DNA of 63,375 nt, filler included, from Globobulimina sp. (GCA_003354225.1; 53 parts of 53 records of this genome joined end to end with filler, not necessarily neighbours in it), one strand, 5' to 3'. Shown: positions 12,644 to 26,184, counted from the first letter of the whole stretch. The notes: generated from the sequence alone by a model not told the origin. Made by a program: numbers and translations.

Positions 12644-13085
12644 TGGAATTAGTTTTTTTCGATTTCCGACCGGAAGTGACGTCATCGTTGATTTTTTGTC
12701 TATAACTCGATCAATAGAAGCCGTTTTGTCTGAAATTTTTTTAAAGCGGTTTTCGGGTACGGAGAATTTATTGTGGGTATTTTAGATTTACTAATCGATG
12801 CGATGATGGCAAATTACGCCCCATGACGCCAGTTAATCGTTTCTCACCCAATTTTTTCGGTTGAAATCGATTGCTCTTTAGGTGAATAGACCGAATTTGA
12901 TCTCTAAAATTGTTGGAATTCGTTTTTCCGAAATCCGACCGGAAGTGACGTCTTCATTGGATTTTTGTCTGTAACTCGATCAATAAGAAGTCGTTTTGTC
13001 TGAAATTTTTTATTACAGGTTTTCGGCTGGGGAAATTTTATTGCGGGTATTTTAGTTTTACTATTCGAGGCGTTGACGGCAAATT
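12644..13085. repeat. Tandem repeat units (period about 270 bp) in a non-coding, transposon-like contig
   Basis: 12644-12815 and 12914-13085 share TCCGACCGGAAGTGACGTC...TAACTCGATCAATA...GTTTTGTCTGAAATTTTTT...GGCAAATT. Confidence 0.85.
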
Positions 13086-13185
13086 NNNNNNNNNNNNNNN
13101 NNNNNNNNNNNNNNNNNNNNNNNNNNNNNTTAATTAATTAANNNNNNNNNNNNNNNNNNNNNNNNNNNNNNNNNNNNNNNNNNNN

Positions 13186-14283
13186 GTCATAAATTACAAA
13201 AAGAAATTGAAACATTAACAAATGATAATAATTTAAAAGATAATCAAATCAAAGAAATTGAAACAAAACAGAACGAAGAAAAAGAATCGTTTCAGCGTTT
13301 ATTGTGTGAGAAACAAAACGGAAATCAAGATTTAATAGAAACTGTCACAAAGTTAAGAGATGAAAAAGACAATATTCAACAAAATAAATTTGCAGATAAC
13401 TCGAAAGCGCATGCCATAGAATACGATCTTCGACAAAATATCGAAGCACTTACGTATGAATTAGAAAAAAGGGAGAAAGAATACGTAGCAATAAAATCAA
13501 AACTAGAGCAGCAACACTCAAATAATAGAAAAACCGAAAACTTTAACTGGAGATATCAAGAAAAATTAAATTTGGTTCGTGAATTTTGTAAAAATATTCG
13601 ACGAGAAATGAGAAACAATAAAAATGAAATTGAATATATGAAATCGTCTGTTTCTATGCATTTTGAACGCTTGTTTCACGAAATACAAATATCATTAAAT
13701 GAGATTCAATCAAAATCAGCAAAATCTGTTTTAAAAAAAGAACACGGCTTAAAACATAAATTGACAAAAAGCATGAAACAACTTAAAAAAATGCAAGATT
13801 TCAAATTGCAATCAATGGAAAAAAAATATAAATATGAATTAATTAATACAAATAAAATAAATAATAAAGCATTTTCTGACAATGCTAATATGAAAGAATT
13901 AAATGTGTCGTCATTACAAAATGAAGTAAATATAATTAAAAATGAACTGTTGCAGGCACAAAATGTGTTATCTCCGAAGAAAATTACATTTAAAAAAATA
14001 TCAATGCCTTCATCTATCACGTCATCAATGTTGGTATCCCGTGCGCCATCGGTACATATTTCTGATAAATCATCAAATAAACTGTCTGTTAAAAAATTAA
14101 AGAAAGGAAAAATAAATAATAATAAATCTGTCCATAGAGACTCGTTTGATACTGCAACAATTCGTAAACTCCGCAATGATTTACAATCCTTGGAATCAAA
14201 TTATAAATATTCACAAAAAATAACTAGAAAAAACTATTCCGCTCACTCAGATTGCTTACATTCGTCAAGTATTGCATTGCAAT
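13186..14283 (+). CDS. Long coiled-coil protein, partial
   Basis: Open frame across the contig, K/E/Q/N-rich heptads. Confidence 0.65.
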
Positions 14284-15318
14284 NNNNNNNNNNNNNNNNN
14301 NNNNNNNNNNNNNNNNNNNNNNNNNNNTTAATTAATTAANNNNNNNNNNNNNNNNNNNNNNNNNNNNNNNNNNNNNNNNNNNNAATATCGCCCTAAACTC
14401 ATCCACGCGAATCATTCACACACAAAGTCAGCGATAATTCTGACCATTTTTAATAATTATGGGATATCACTGTTTGATACATTAATCTGTCGGTCTATTT
14501 TTTAATTTTATGTCGTTGTCGTGTTTTTTATGTAGGAAGTGTTGTGTGTTTGGGTTTATGGCAATCAATATTCTCTGTTATTGTTTGTTTGTATTTTCTA
14601 GTGTGTCTACAAACAATTTATAGCTTTACGAGGCATCATATTTGAGACGGTATATATTTTTGATGTAATTTATTTGATTTATTAAATGATGTAATTAATT
14701 GTGTTTGGTTTGTACTTTGTAATTGTGATTTGTGACTCGCTATATTTTAATTTGCTTGTCTTATTTGTCGTTACGTTGTGATTTGTATGATGTAACGAGA
14801 ACAATTGCGATAGTTTCCATTCATCCATTGGCAATTAATGGACATATTCAGTCAACTTATTGCCACTAATCAGTAATCAGTGCTTCATTCGTGGTCTCTA
14901 AATTATGATAAATATCCCAATGAATAGGCTGACTATGAATATGATGTTGACTATGTTGTGCATATGTATGTGCTGCTGTTGATGTGTATGCTGTGCTTGT
15001 TGTTGGTGTTTCTTGCTTACAATCATCATAGTACCAATGTAATAATCCTAAATACAACGCATATGAATTAAACTCAAAACAGAACAAACATAATTATAAA
15101 AAATAAATGCATACAATTTGTGTGTTGTACGTGTTCGGACTAAAGAATGGTGCTTGCACCGAGAGTTTGTTTTTGGAAAAGTTTTTGTTTATAATTGTTT
15201 ACTTTTTGTATACGTTTGTTATAGGTTTATGAGTAGAGACGAATTCAAAAAAAATCCAAAATCCACAAACTTTTTACTTTTAATCTTCTTTAACCTGTTT
15301 GAAACTCTGCGTTTTAGA

Positions 15319-15469
15319 AAAAGAGCATCCGGTCTTCAGCGTCAGATTTTTATTGGGGCAAGGTAAACGCAAACCGTTTCTGGTGACTGATTAAGGTAAA
15401 AATAATATAGGTTTGTCTTCGTTTCTCAGAAACAATAAAAATCTGACGCTGTAAACCGGATGCTCTTTT
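15319..15469. mobile_element. MITE-like element with 37-bp inverted repeats
   Basis: 15319-15355 AAAAGAGCATCCGGTCTTCAGCGTCAGATTTTTATTG matches the reverse complement of 15433-15469 at 35/37. Confidence 0.75.
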
Positions 15470-15581
15470 AAAACCTATGGANNNNNNNNNNNNNNNNNNN
15501 NNNNNNNNNNNNNNNNNNNNNNNNNTTAATTAATTAANNNNNNNNNNNNNNNNNNNNNNNNNNNNNNNNNNNNNNNNNNNN

Positions 15582-16446
15582 AGATAATGCTGATATTATT
15601 AATGCAGATTTAAGTGACTTGCCAGTTGAGAAAGATGCAGAGAATTTAATTCAATTATTTACGTTGTTAAATTATAAGATTATTCCGATGGAATTGCAAT
15701 TAAATTGGACTGCGAAACAAATAATAAACTTTTTTCGTGAGGATATTGGGAATGAATTATTTGATAACCAACAGAGTTTGAGATATGATGCGCTTTTGGT
15801 GTTTTTTAGCTGTCACGGCAAAGAGAGTCAAATCATAACCAGCGACCATATAACCATCGATAAGGCAGTGCTGCATCGAATTTTGTCGTGCAAATATCCG
15901 GCGTTAAGGGACATTCCGCGCATTTTTCTGTGGGATTCATGCGAAGGATCCCAAAAAAGAGAGCATAACAGACCATCATCCTCAATTATTCGCGATCGGT
16001 TACCAACAATAAATTTGGAAGAGTATGGATTGGATGATATTTTAATACGGGATATCGATATTGATGAAAAGCAAGATTTGCAAAAAGATGTATCTGGAAT
16101 TCGAGCAGAAATGAATAAAGGAATAGAATTAACTGCGTTGAACGTAGCAAATAATAATTTATGGACGAATGAAACAAAAAATCCGGATTACAATTTGGCT
16201 CAAATACATGCAGCGAATATAGGATTTCAAGCAAAATGTCATTTGCGGTTTGGTTCGTATTTAATTTATTATTTTGTGGAAAAAATGAGGAGAAATATAC
16301 AAAATAAGGAGAACAAATCACTGCAAACAATATGTCAGGAAATACAGACAGAATTACATGATTCGGGAAAACAACAAACTATACATACATTTAATAACAA
16401 TACAGGACATTTACATTTTAAAACAAATTCAATTTCAAATCATTGA
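15582..16446 (+). CDS. Caspase-like peptidase (C14), C-terminal part
   Basis: D..NL..LF..LNY; catalytic His in FFSCHG and Cys in PRIFLWDSCEG; p10-like GSYLI...KQQ. Confidence 0.85.
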
Positions 16447-16779
16447 CGTACAAAAACTATAATTATAAGAATCATTCATCAGTCATCACACTGTTATTGA
16501 ATGTGTGATCCGTTTTGTTTTTGAATTGTTTGTGCATTTTTTTGTTGCTTTGTAGTACCTTTTTTTTTTACATTTTAATAATAAGTAATACTGTATATGT
16601 AAATATTTCTCATGATCAATGATTTGGTTATTAATTAATTTGATTGTATGTGTTGTTTTGCATGTTTTTTTTTCTGTGANNNNNNNNNNNNNNNNNNNNN
16701 NNNNNNNNNNNNNNNNNNNNNNNTTAATTAATTAANNNNNNNNNNNNNNNNNNNNNNNNNNNNNNNNNNNNNNNNNNNN

Positions 16780-17877
16780 TGTAAAACCAATCTGTTGATA
16801 GCATGCTCGAGCACAGAAGTTATACTTTGAAGTTGGACGCAATCCTTTAACTACAACCTTATGATCACCATCATTCCCATCCAACTCTACTACTTTTGAC
16901 TCAAAGCCATCCTTCCAATTCACATCAATCTTTTTCTCGTCATCCTCAACCAAACTATATTTAATCTCATATCGCTCCAATTTAATCCCAGCAATATTCT
17001 CTTGACACGCTTTTATTGTTACTTTGCATTCATTGGACTTAATGTCAACAACAGATATTTTCGGTGCTTTGATTGAGCCGATAATGGAACCAAATGTTGT
17101 CAGATGATTCAACACCGCACGATGTTCATCTTTATATTCAAACAAAATGTGATCAGAAAGGAGAGGATCAGTCATATCATATTTAAATTTGCTGTTAATT
17201 GCTTTATCAATGTCGGTTACGTTTTTTTCACTTCGTTGGGAATCTTTTAATGATTGGTTTTGTAATGTACTCTGATACTCATTTTTGGCCTGAATATGAA
17301 AGCAATTTAAAGCAGCACAGAACAACAATAAAGTGATTAATTATGAAATAGGCACAAAACACATAACTGATTGTAACTCGTTTCTATATTTTGTTAATTT
17401 CTGTAATTGTTGCTTTAACACAGTTTGCTTTCGTTTTGCAATCTCATTTGTTTGCTTTGTTAATTCTCTTTTTCTTTTTTCTAAATCTTTGTGTAAGACA
17501 TTGAATGTTGTCTCGATGCATTTCAATGTATTTTGCCGGTTCAACTCAATATTTTTGATGGCTGTTTGAATATTATTGCTTCCATCCGATGTAACTTTAT
17601 ATGCTTTGGATAATTTGTCAAATGCTTTCGTTTCTTGTGCTGATATATAAATTTTAACAAATTTTGTATTTTTATTGTCTCGAAATACTGTGGATTCCAT
17701 CTGCTTTGTTTTCAAATATTTAATAATTCTGGCAATAAATAATAATTTGATGTTTAGAGCAGATAGAATATCGCGAAGATCCTTTTCTGAAAATCCAATC
17801 ATATCATCATACGATACATCCTCTTCCACCAATTTCTGTTCCACTTCGACTACTTTCTCATTTTGTGTCTTTAGACA
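16780..17877 (-). CDS. SAM-like + coiled-coil + fibronectin III protein, spliced, partial
   Basis: SEKDLRDILSALNIK (SAM-like), TRIM-like coil, VKGLRPTSKYNFCARA (FN3); intron at about 17292-17367. Confidence 0.6.
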
Positions 17878-17977
17878 NNNNNNNNNNNNNNNNNNNNNNN
17901 NNNNNNNNNNNNNNNNNNNNNTTAATTAATTAANNNNNNNNNNNNNNNNNNNNNNNNNNNNNNNNNNNNNNNNNNNN

Positions 17978-18810
17978 TCAGCAATCGTGGTCTACCAATC
18001 CTGCGTTGACTGCGTTGATTAAATATGTCAGAAAAAGGCATCCGGGCAAAGGTAGTAACACTTTGCCGGTCACCGCAAGTGTTCTCATACAAATTGTGCA
18101 GTATATACTTACATTTAAGGTATATTATGGCTGTCTTTTCGGGCCATCTGGCTCGATAAAACCAGGTTGAAATGGTATCTCTTTGCCATGTCCATTTTGT
18201 TTGTTGGTGTCTTAGGCCTTCGGGGTGCTGAGTGCTATGAGAATAGCAACAAAGCCTATACGGGATATGGCATTTATTTGCGTGATTTGATGGTGTATTG
18301 GAAGGATGCTGTCACCGGCACTGTATATCAGTAATCGGTATTCGCGCGCGTATAATGATTTGCATCATATCCGAGTCCGTTTGCGCCATTCCAAATCGGC
18401 GCGCGTTGGCAGTGATGTCTATCTCCGTTTGGGCCGTACCAATCGCGCCATTGAGCCAATGCTGTTAATATATCATGTGTATCATTTGCAGAAAAGAGAA
18501 TTACAGCGTATGTACAAGTTCTCTGTGCGCAGTAGATATTTGTTTGAGGTGCCAGGGTGTAACAGCACTCTGACGCAGGTAAAAAAGACGTGGACTGCCA
18601 TCATTCGTGAGATGGGCTTTCTGGAGGCCGACAGGTATCGTTTTCATGGCATTCGCAAAGGTTTTGCCACCACGTTACTGCAAAATGGCGTGCCAACGAG
18701 TTTGATTGCATACGCAGGACGGTGGAAGCTGACGGCGGCTATCTATCAGTATATCATTCATACACAGAATGAGTTGATAGGGCTTGCGTTCATGTATCTG
18801 TATGGTTCAC
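17978..18810 (+). pseudogene. DIRS/Crypton-type tyrosine recombinase, frameshifted
   Basis: LGLRGAE (R), HSKS (K), FHGIRKGFAT (HxxR), GRWKLTAAIYQY (W, Y); frame changes near 18150 and 18325. Confidence 0.85.
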
Positions 18811-18819
18811 CGTTGTATT

Positions 18820-19075
18820 ATCGAGAGATGAACAATAAAAATCATGGACACCTACAATTCATGCGCTGTACCAGCACTTGCTGTGAAAAAATAAACTCGG
18901 GACGATGTGATTGTGGTGACTGTCTTGAGGATTGTGAACATTTTATTATGAATTGCCCGTCACATGACACACAAAGACTTGATTTGATGGATACAATACG
19001 TTATTATTATGATATGTACAACGTTGCTATCACCTATCAATATATTTTGTTTCCACCTATTTGTATGCGATGGAG
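18820..19075 (+). mobile_element. C-terminal zinc finger of a non-LTR retrotransposon ORF2
   Basis: GHL...CDCGDCLEDCEHFIMNCP...R fits the CxC...ExxxHF..CP LINE tail. Confidence 0.6.
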
Positions 19076-19414
19076 NNNNNNNNNNNNNNNNNNNNNNNNN
19101 NNNNNNNNNNNNNNNNNNNTTAATTAATTAANNNNNNNNNNNNNNNNNNNNNNNNNNNNNNNNNNNNNNNNNNNNTAGTTTTCATCAAAAAAAAAATATA
19201 TATTTAAAATTGAGGAAGAGGCCAGTTATAAAACTATTTATATATTATATAATCACAAACAATATAAAATTTTAATTTAAAAAATTGCAATGATTAAACG
19301 AATTAAGGAAAAAGAAAAAACAAACAACGAACAATATACAATTAAAATGTGCGTATATTCCATTCATTCAACTCATTGAAAACGAATCAATGGAATACAA
19401 AATTAAAATAAAAG

Positions 19415-20250
19415 TTAATCAAATAAATCTGTAAATAAATCATTTGCTTTATTTGATTGTTTTGCTTGAGTTTGATTATGCGATTTATTATTATATGCAT
19501 TTTGCATCAATGCTTTCACCGATTTCCTTCCATTATTATCGTCGTTATTAACATTACCATTCAAATTACTGTCATTCTTATCCTTATCCTGATTAGTGCT
19601 GAAATCACCAAATAAATCCCCGAAAGTATCTGTATTTGTATGCTGTGTCTGTTTTTGTGTCTGTTTTGTATTAACATCGCCGTCTTGCGTAAAATCAAAA
19701 TCATCAAACAAAGAAGCAGCGCGACTACTATTCGCATCTGCTTTATGTATATTATTGTGTCTTGCCTTTGTGTTAAACCGCAAAGCATCAAAATCTTTAC
19801 TTTTATTATTATTATTATTATCAATCGGTAACACATTATCAATGCCAAATAATTCATTACTATCCTCATTAAAATCGGCCTTATTCGAATTCCTATTTAT
19901 ATTTGTCACTTTATTCAACACTCGGAATAGTTTCGACGATCTTTTTTTCTTTTTCTTGCCTTTATTCACATTGACACCAGAAAATAATATATCATCCAAT
20001 GCACTTTGCTGTGTCTCAAAGCCGTTATTATCAGTAATATTATCATCAAACTGCTTGAATGGATCACTATGTGCAAGCACTGGCTGCATATCTCTATCCG
20101 ATGCATTATCATCGACATCAAAATTCACCCAATCCTTATTAAAATCGCGCATACTGTCTCGCATATGATCACGTTTTGTATCCGTCCGTGATAAAAACCC
20201 ATCTGCTGCGCTATCATAATCATCCTTTTCTTCATCACCACCTTGAGCTA
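19415..20250 (-). CDS. Endocytic accessory protein, disordered last exon
   Basis: Low-complexity tail with WVNF, DPF, FGDLF and terminal FTDLF motifs. Confidence 0.55.
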
Positions 20251-20698
20251 AAAAAACAAATATCAACAAACAANNNNNNNNNNNNNNNNNNNNNNNNNNN
20301 NNNNNNNNNNNNNNNNNTTAATTAATTAANNNNNNNNNNNNNNNNNNNNNNNNNNNNNNNNNNNNNNNNNNNNACGAATAAAATTGTACTGAATTAGTGA
20401 CTTTGCTTTCGATTCAGTTAAATGCACCAATTCTATTGACAACATACCATCGAAATCGTTGTCACAATCCCAGCCAAACAATATGTCATCATCTAGATCT
20501 TTTGGGGTTTCCATGGTGTGTACTAGTAACACTGTAACTTTGTTCAGTTTGCTGTGATATGCGAATAAAAAAAAGAATAGCAACATGCATTTTACATTTT
20601 CAACCAAAAAAAAATGCAAATAATAAGTTAAATAATGCATTAATTAAAAGTTACAAATATATGATGAATTATCCATGACCGTACTAAATGATTACGTA

Positions 20699-21471
20699 CT
20701 AAATGGAAGAATATTCATCAATACCTTTTAATTTATTATCCTCATTATGTACAATATTGTTATTACTTTCAATATCATTATTCAGTAAACCTTCTGTTTC
20801 TGATACACTAATCACAATTTCCTCGGATTTTTTTTTTTTATTTTTTTTTATTTCCAATAAACTCAGATCATCAATGATAGATTTTGAAAATGAATCCAAT
20901 TTTATAATCACATTAGTTTGTGGTCGTGGTGGACTCTCACTTTTTTGTATAGTGTCAATATTACTGTTATATGCTCTCGGTGTCGCACTTTGCGCTCTCT
21001 CCTTTTGTTGAATTCTTCTCTTTTTCTTTTTCTTTATTTTCGGTCGTACACTTTTTATTCCTTTACTTACTTTATTCATTTTCACTTTTTTCATGCCTTT
21101 AAATCCGCCAACTTTTTTGCCACCGACACCAGAAACACCTCTTTTTTTACTGCCATAATTGCCTCCCGCTGTATTACCATAATCTGAGTCATCATCATCT
21201 TGTGCCCATTCCTCAGAGTCTGGATAGTGTTCATCATGCTCTTCTGATGAATTATTCCCTGCAAATAAATCACTCCCATCGCTGTTCAATTTAGTTTCTG
21301 TTTCTTCATTTATAATATTTTCAAAATAATTTTTTATCGGTTTATTGTTGTTAAATGTTGGTATTATTTCATCAATTCCTTTCATTTCCCTTTTGTGTCT
21401 CTCTCGCATCATTTTCCATTTCAATCTCTTTTCATATTTGATTCGATAACGTTTGTTTTTCGCATGTTTCG
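20699..21471 (-). CDS. Lys/Asp-rich disordered protein, C-terminal part
   Basis: More than 240 open codons with basic and acidic tracts. Confidence 0.5.
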
Positions 21472-21571
21472 NNNNNNNNNNNNNNNNNNNNNNNNNNNNN
21501 NNNNNNNNNNNNNNNTTAATTAATTAANNNNNNNNNNNNNNNNNNNNNNNNNNNNNNNNNNNNNNNNNNNN

Positions 21572-22669
21572 AGAGCAGTGGTGGCTAAAAAACAAATTCA
21601 AACATATGTAAATAAATTAATCAAAGCTATGAATGTAAGTGATGATTTTAATCCGGAAACTGACCAAGGTAAAAAAATGAAAGTCTCTTACAAACCTCAT
21701 CCGTGTAGTATTAGGTTTTGTGATATTAACCCGACAATGAAAGATTATGAGGAACATTATGCAGAATTACAAATGACTGTTCAAAGGCACGACTGCATAC
21801 CTCCTCCTAATGGCTGTTTAAGAAGAAAAAAAGGTAAAAAAGAGTTGGAATGTCGATTTCATTTCCCTAAGACAGTAACTGACCCGCCAACAACAATAAT
21901 TAGATTTGAGAAAAATAAAGATGGTTTTATTAGAGCAAAGATTGAGGTAAAAACAAATGATTCTCAATTAAATCAATGTGAGAAATGTCAGATTATGGGA
22001 CACGCAGCCAATGTGGATATGCAAATAATGTTAGATTTTCATGTCGCAGTTAATTATGCAGCCAAATATTCCGCGAAGGGTGAGAAAACAACAACGGATG
22101 TACAGGAAACATTAGAAAGTATTCAAAAATATAGTAATTTGGCAGAACCTGGCAGTAAAGCGTTGCAAAAATTAATGATGAAATTCGGTCAACAACGTAA
22201 TTATTCTGCACAAGAAGTTATGTTTCATAACTTGGGAATACCATTAGTGGAACATCCAAATTTAAAGTTTGAAGATGTAAATTTATATTCGTCTGTGACA
22301 TGTTTTATTGATCCAAACTCCAAAACATGGAAAACATCGAAAAATTCTATGATCATTTTATAGCTCACGCAGAAAAATTAAGTCCAGCCGCTAAGAACGC
22401 TTCTGATATGTTGGAGGTTGAAATTGAAGAAATTGAACTGATGGAATTAGAGGAAGAAGAAATGGAAGACGAAGATGGAATATTTGAATTTTCGAGAGGC
22501 CCAAATTATGAAACAACAGATATGGATGAATATCCGATTATTGATGAAAATAGTTTACGTTATGATTGGATTAAACATTCTGAGAAATATTCACTCGATG
22601 AAATTAAATCGCTGCAAACATGGTTAGATTTCCAAAAGAAAATAACCAAAGTTCCACGTAAAAGTAAAA
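21572..22669 (+). mobile_element. Helitron/Helentron Rep-helicase fragment, frameshift near 22330
   Basis: QRHDC...CRFHFPK, ND..LN, ANVDMQ, NYAAKYSAKGE (Rep motif 3 YxxKY), RNYSAQEV...LGIPL. Confidence 0.88.
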
Positions 22670-23967
22670 NNNNNNNNNNNNNNNNNNNNNNNNNNNNNNN
22701 NNNNNNNNNNNNNTTAATTAATTAANNNNNNNNNNNNNNNNNNNNNNNNNNNNNNNNNNNNNNNNNNNNTTGATTGCGAAATTGAAGGACAATTTGAAAA
22801 AATATGGGAATGAGTTTGCAAATCAGACAATTGTTTGTTTGTTTGTTTAACTGAGGAAATGATATTTTATTTGTGCAAGGATAAGATCTGACTGTCAGAT
22901 CAACAACAAAATAAAAACGGACAAACAAACAAAAATTAAGATATGTTTGTCATTTTGTGTCTTTGTTTGTGATGGTGATGATGGCCACGCAATACGCCAT
23001 CATCAAAACCATCAAACATATTTCATTTTCATCATCCTATTCTATTCATATGGTGCTCCAATCATCAATGGATGTACCTGTGGCTCCTTTTGATAGTCTG
23101 CGACTTTTCGAACAGCATGTACTGAGTAGGGTGGTGTTCAAAAAGTTTTTGACATTTGCAGTACATATCGGGAAGCCCTATTGAAATCAATTTTGAAAAC
23201 GCTATTACAGTTCTATTCAATATTAGTACATTCACCTCAATCTGCCAGCAATTTTGAATTTATATCCTACACCAAACCATCCATTGGATAGCGGGCGATG
23301 TGGATATTCCGAGATGTACTTTTAAACAATGAGCAATCCATACCCATGGAACAGATAACGGAGCCAGTATTGTACCAATACGAATATCGCTGGCTACTGC
23401 TGATATTGACAAAGTATATGATTTTTATACTTAATTTACTGCTGATGATGTACTTGAGCACACTTAATTTACTATGCTCATTCTCGCCATTCTCAAACCA
23501 GGACAAATCGAACTACAATTTGTGGAACATGTCCTTTTAGGAGTTTAAAAACACCAACAACTGCTTCAACAGTACCATGTCAATCAATTAGCATACGAGT
23601 ATCAGATAGTTGGTGTGCTGTCAATTGTTATACTCCTGGTACAAGTGAATTACACTCAACATGTGATCCAAATAGTAGAGAAGATGAACAACTAGGCAGT
23701 TATTAAATTTAGTAATTGCGAGTTTGTTTTTGATTGGTGATGTCACAGCTGTTATATGTTGCAAGAATTACTGAATTGTATCAATGTTATTGTGATATTA
23801 TTCATCTAATAAAATAGGTTATTAAGGACAATTAAAATTAAAAACACCAGAGGACAATTGTCATACANNNNNNNNNNNNNNNNNNNNNNNNNNNNNNNNN
23901 NNNNNNNNNNNTTAATTAATTAANNNNNNNNNNNNNNNNNNNNNNNNNNNNNNNNNNNNNNNNNNNN

Positions 23968-25065
23968 GGTCCGTCAGGGAGCGGCAAGTCGACCATCATA
24001 AACTTATTGGAGAGATATTATGATCCATCGGATGGTGAGGTATTAGTCGATGATGAGATGATTCATAACTTTGATATCGAATATTTACGTGGCCATATCG
24101 GCTATGTGTCGCAGACACCGCTATTATTCGCAGAGTCTATTAAGGAGAATATCCGCGGCGGGAATCCAAATATAAGCGATGATGACATTATAAAAGCTGC
24201 GAAAACCGCAGATGCGCATGATTTTATCATGAAATTAACCGATAAGTACGAGACCAATGTGGGTGAAATGGGCAATAAACTGAGTGGCGGGGAGAAACAA
24301 AGGGTGTCCATCGCGAGGGCAGTTGTCAGCAATCCGTCCATATTATTATTCGATGAGGCAACATCCGCTTTGGATACCAAATCAGAGCGAGAAGTGCAGA
24401 AAGCCATAGATAATATATCTGGGTCGCACAGCCAAACCATTGTGGTGATCGCGCACAGACTGTCTACGATAAAGAACGCAGATAAAATATTGGTCATTGT
24501 CGACGGCGAAGTGGCTGAGGAAGGAAACCATGAATCATTGATTGAATCGAATGGCGTTTATGCTGCATTGGTGCGAGAACAACAAGTCACCGATTTAAAC
24601 GACGAAATTGTAGGCAATAACGAGGAGATTGTGGAAGAGAAAGAGGCTGAAAAAACGGAACAAGGTAAAACCGAGATTGCTGATGCTATGGATAGAGAGG
24701 TTAAAGTCGCATTTATTGGGAAAAGTGATGACGAGAAAAAGGAAGAAAAAGAAAAGGAAGACGAAAAGGTGCCAGATATGGGTGGCACGAAGCGATTAAG
24801 TGTGGAGTATGCAAACGCATTACGCTGCTTATTTTATAACGGCATAATATTCGCAGTGTGTACCGGTGCTTTGTGGCCCGTCGCTTACGGTTGGTTTTTC
24901 CCAGAGATTATCACTATTTTCACGGAAGAAATCAAGTGCGACGCAACCGCACTATCCGTAGATGACTGTGACACCAATTTCGAAGAAGCGAGCATCAATC
25001 TCGTGTACAGTTGGTGTGCCATTGGCATCTATGCCTTGGTTGTCCAGGTAATGCAAACCTATTTA
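23968..25065 (+). CDS. ABCB (P-glycoprotein-like) full transporter: NBD1, linker, start of TMD2
   Basis: GPSGSGKST, VSQTPLLF, LSGGEKQR, LLFDEATSALD, IAHRLST, charged linker, then TM helices. Confidence 0.95.
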
Positions 25066-25165
25066 NNNNNNNNNNNNNNNNNNNNNNNNNNNNNNNNNNN
25101 NNNNNNNNNTTAATTAATTAANNNNNNNNNNNNNNNNNNNNNNNNNNNNNNNNNNNNNNNNNNNN

Positions 25166-25900
25166 GTCGAACATATGATAAAAAGTGATACGACGTTAAT
25201 GCGATAAGTCCGGTTATTGATGAATAGCAATAATTAGAAGATGCCAATAAATATATTGCGATAATGAAGCATAACAAACCAATGAATAATTGCAGTCTTG
25301 CTAATAATTGTGTATTTGCAAATATTTTATTGATATTTGAAAAGACATTGAGTATTTGAATTAGATTAATGAGACAATAATATCTGTTCAAAGAAAAGGT
25401 AAAGGATAAAAATAAAAATAAAAATAAAAACACATCATGCATTTAACTGTAAAATGCCATTTGTAATTAAACCATACATAAGACACAAAAAGGAGAGCGA
25501 ATATAACATTGCTTGAAATAAAATGATTGGTATTCTTTTTGGATTAATATTTAAATATGACAAATATTTCCAGCTTTTTTGTTGAATAATCGATATGATG
25601 CAAGTCAATGTAAATGAAATAAATAAAAACTGTGTAGCTGATACATTATTATATAAAATATAATCTTTTGTCAATAATAAAGTAGAACATTGAAAAAATA
25701 TGAGAATGCTAAATACGACTAATAATTTAAGAATATTTGACGAGGTTATTTTTCCACGGCGACTAAATTTGTATTCATCAACAATTGCTAGTACTTACAG
25801 ACTGAATCATTTTCATATATGTGGACGTTTTAACTTTGTTAATAGCTTTTCAATGTTAAAGGATCTCTCTTTTTGCTGCAGCATGGTCTTAAAACAGTGC
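25166..25900 (-). CDS. Multi-pass membrane protein, spliced (possibly ZnT5/DMT-like N-terminal region)
   Basis: Hydrophobic exons; YGLITNGIL|RYYCL across an intron at about 25391-25450. Confidence 0.4.
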
Positions 25901-26184
25901 CTTTTAGCCAAGAAGTTTTTGTTTTGGTAACATTTTTTGTTAACCTTTAGATTGGCTAAAGAACGTGTTGTGATTTTGTCCAAATGTTGTACAAGCTAAT
26001 TGGTGCAGATTGTGTATCCCTGTGACCAGGAAAGACCTCCCTCACAGTTGTGAAAAACAGCATATTTTGAGCATCTACTTTGAACATACTAGCAATGCGT
26101 TTTTAGCACCTTTTTACGACAAAAAATGGAAATATCAAAAAATGGTTCACACTTCTAAACACTTCTTTTGTGTTTGGCAAGGTT

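Noticed and set aside
13706-14176. Long antisense ORFs here and at 1231, 19596, 24102, 27744 and 47400
   Set aside because: Shadow frames opposite real coding sequence, with no independent motifs.
22770-23867. Possible spliced membrane gene (minus) and Cys-rich WCAVNC module (plus)
   Set aside because: I could not build a consistent gene model; the contig may be chimeric.
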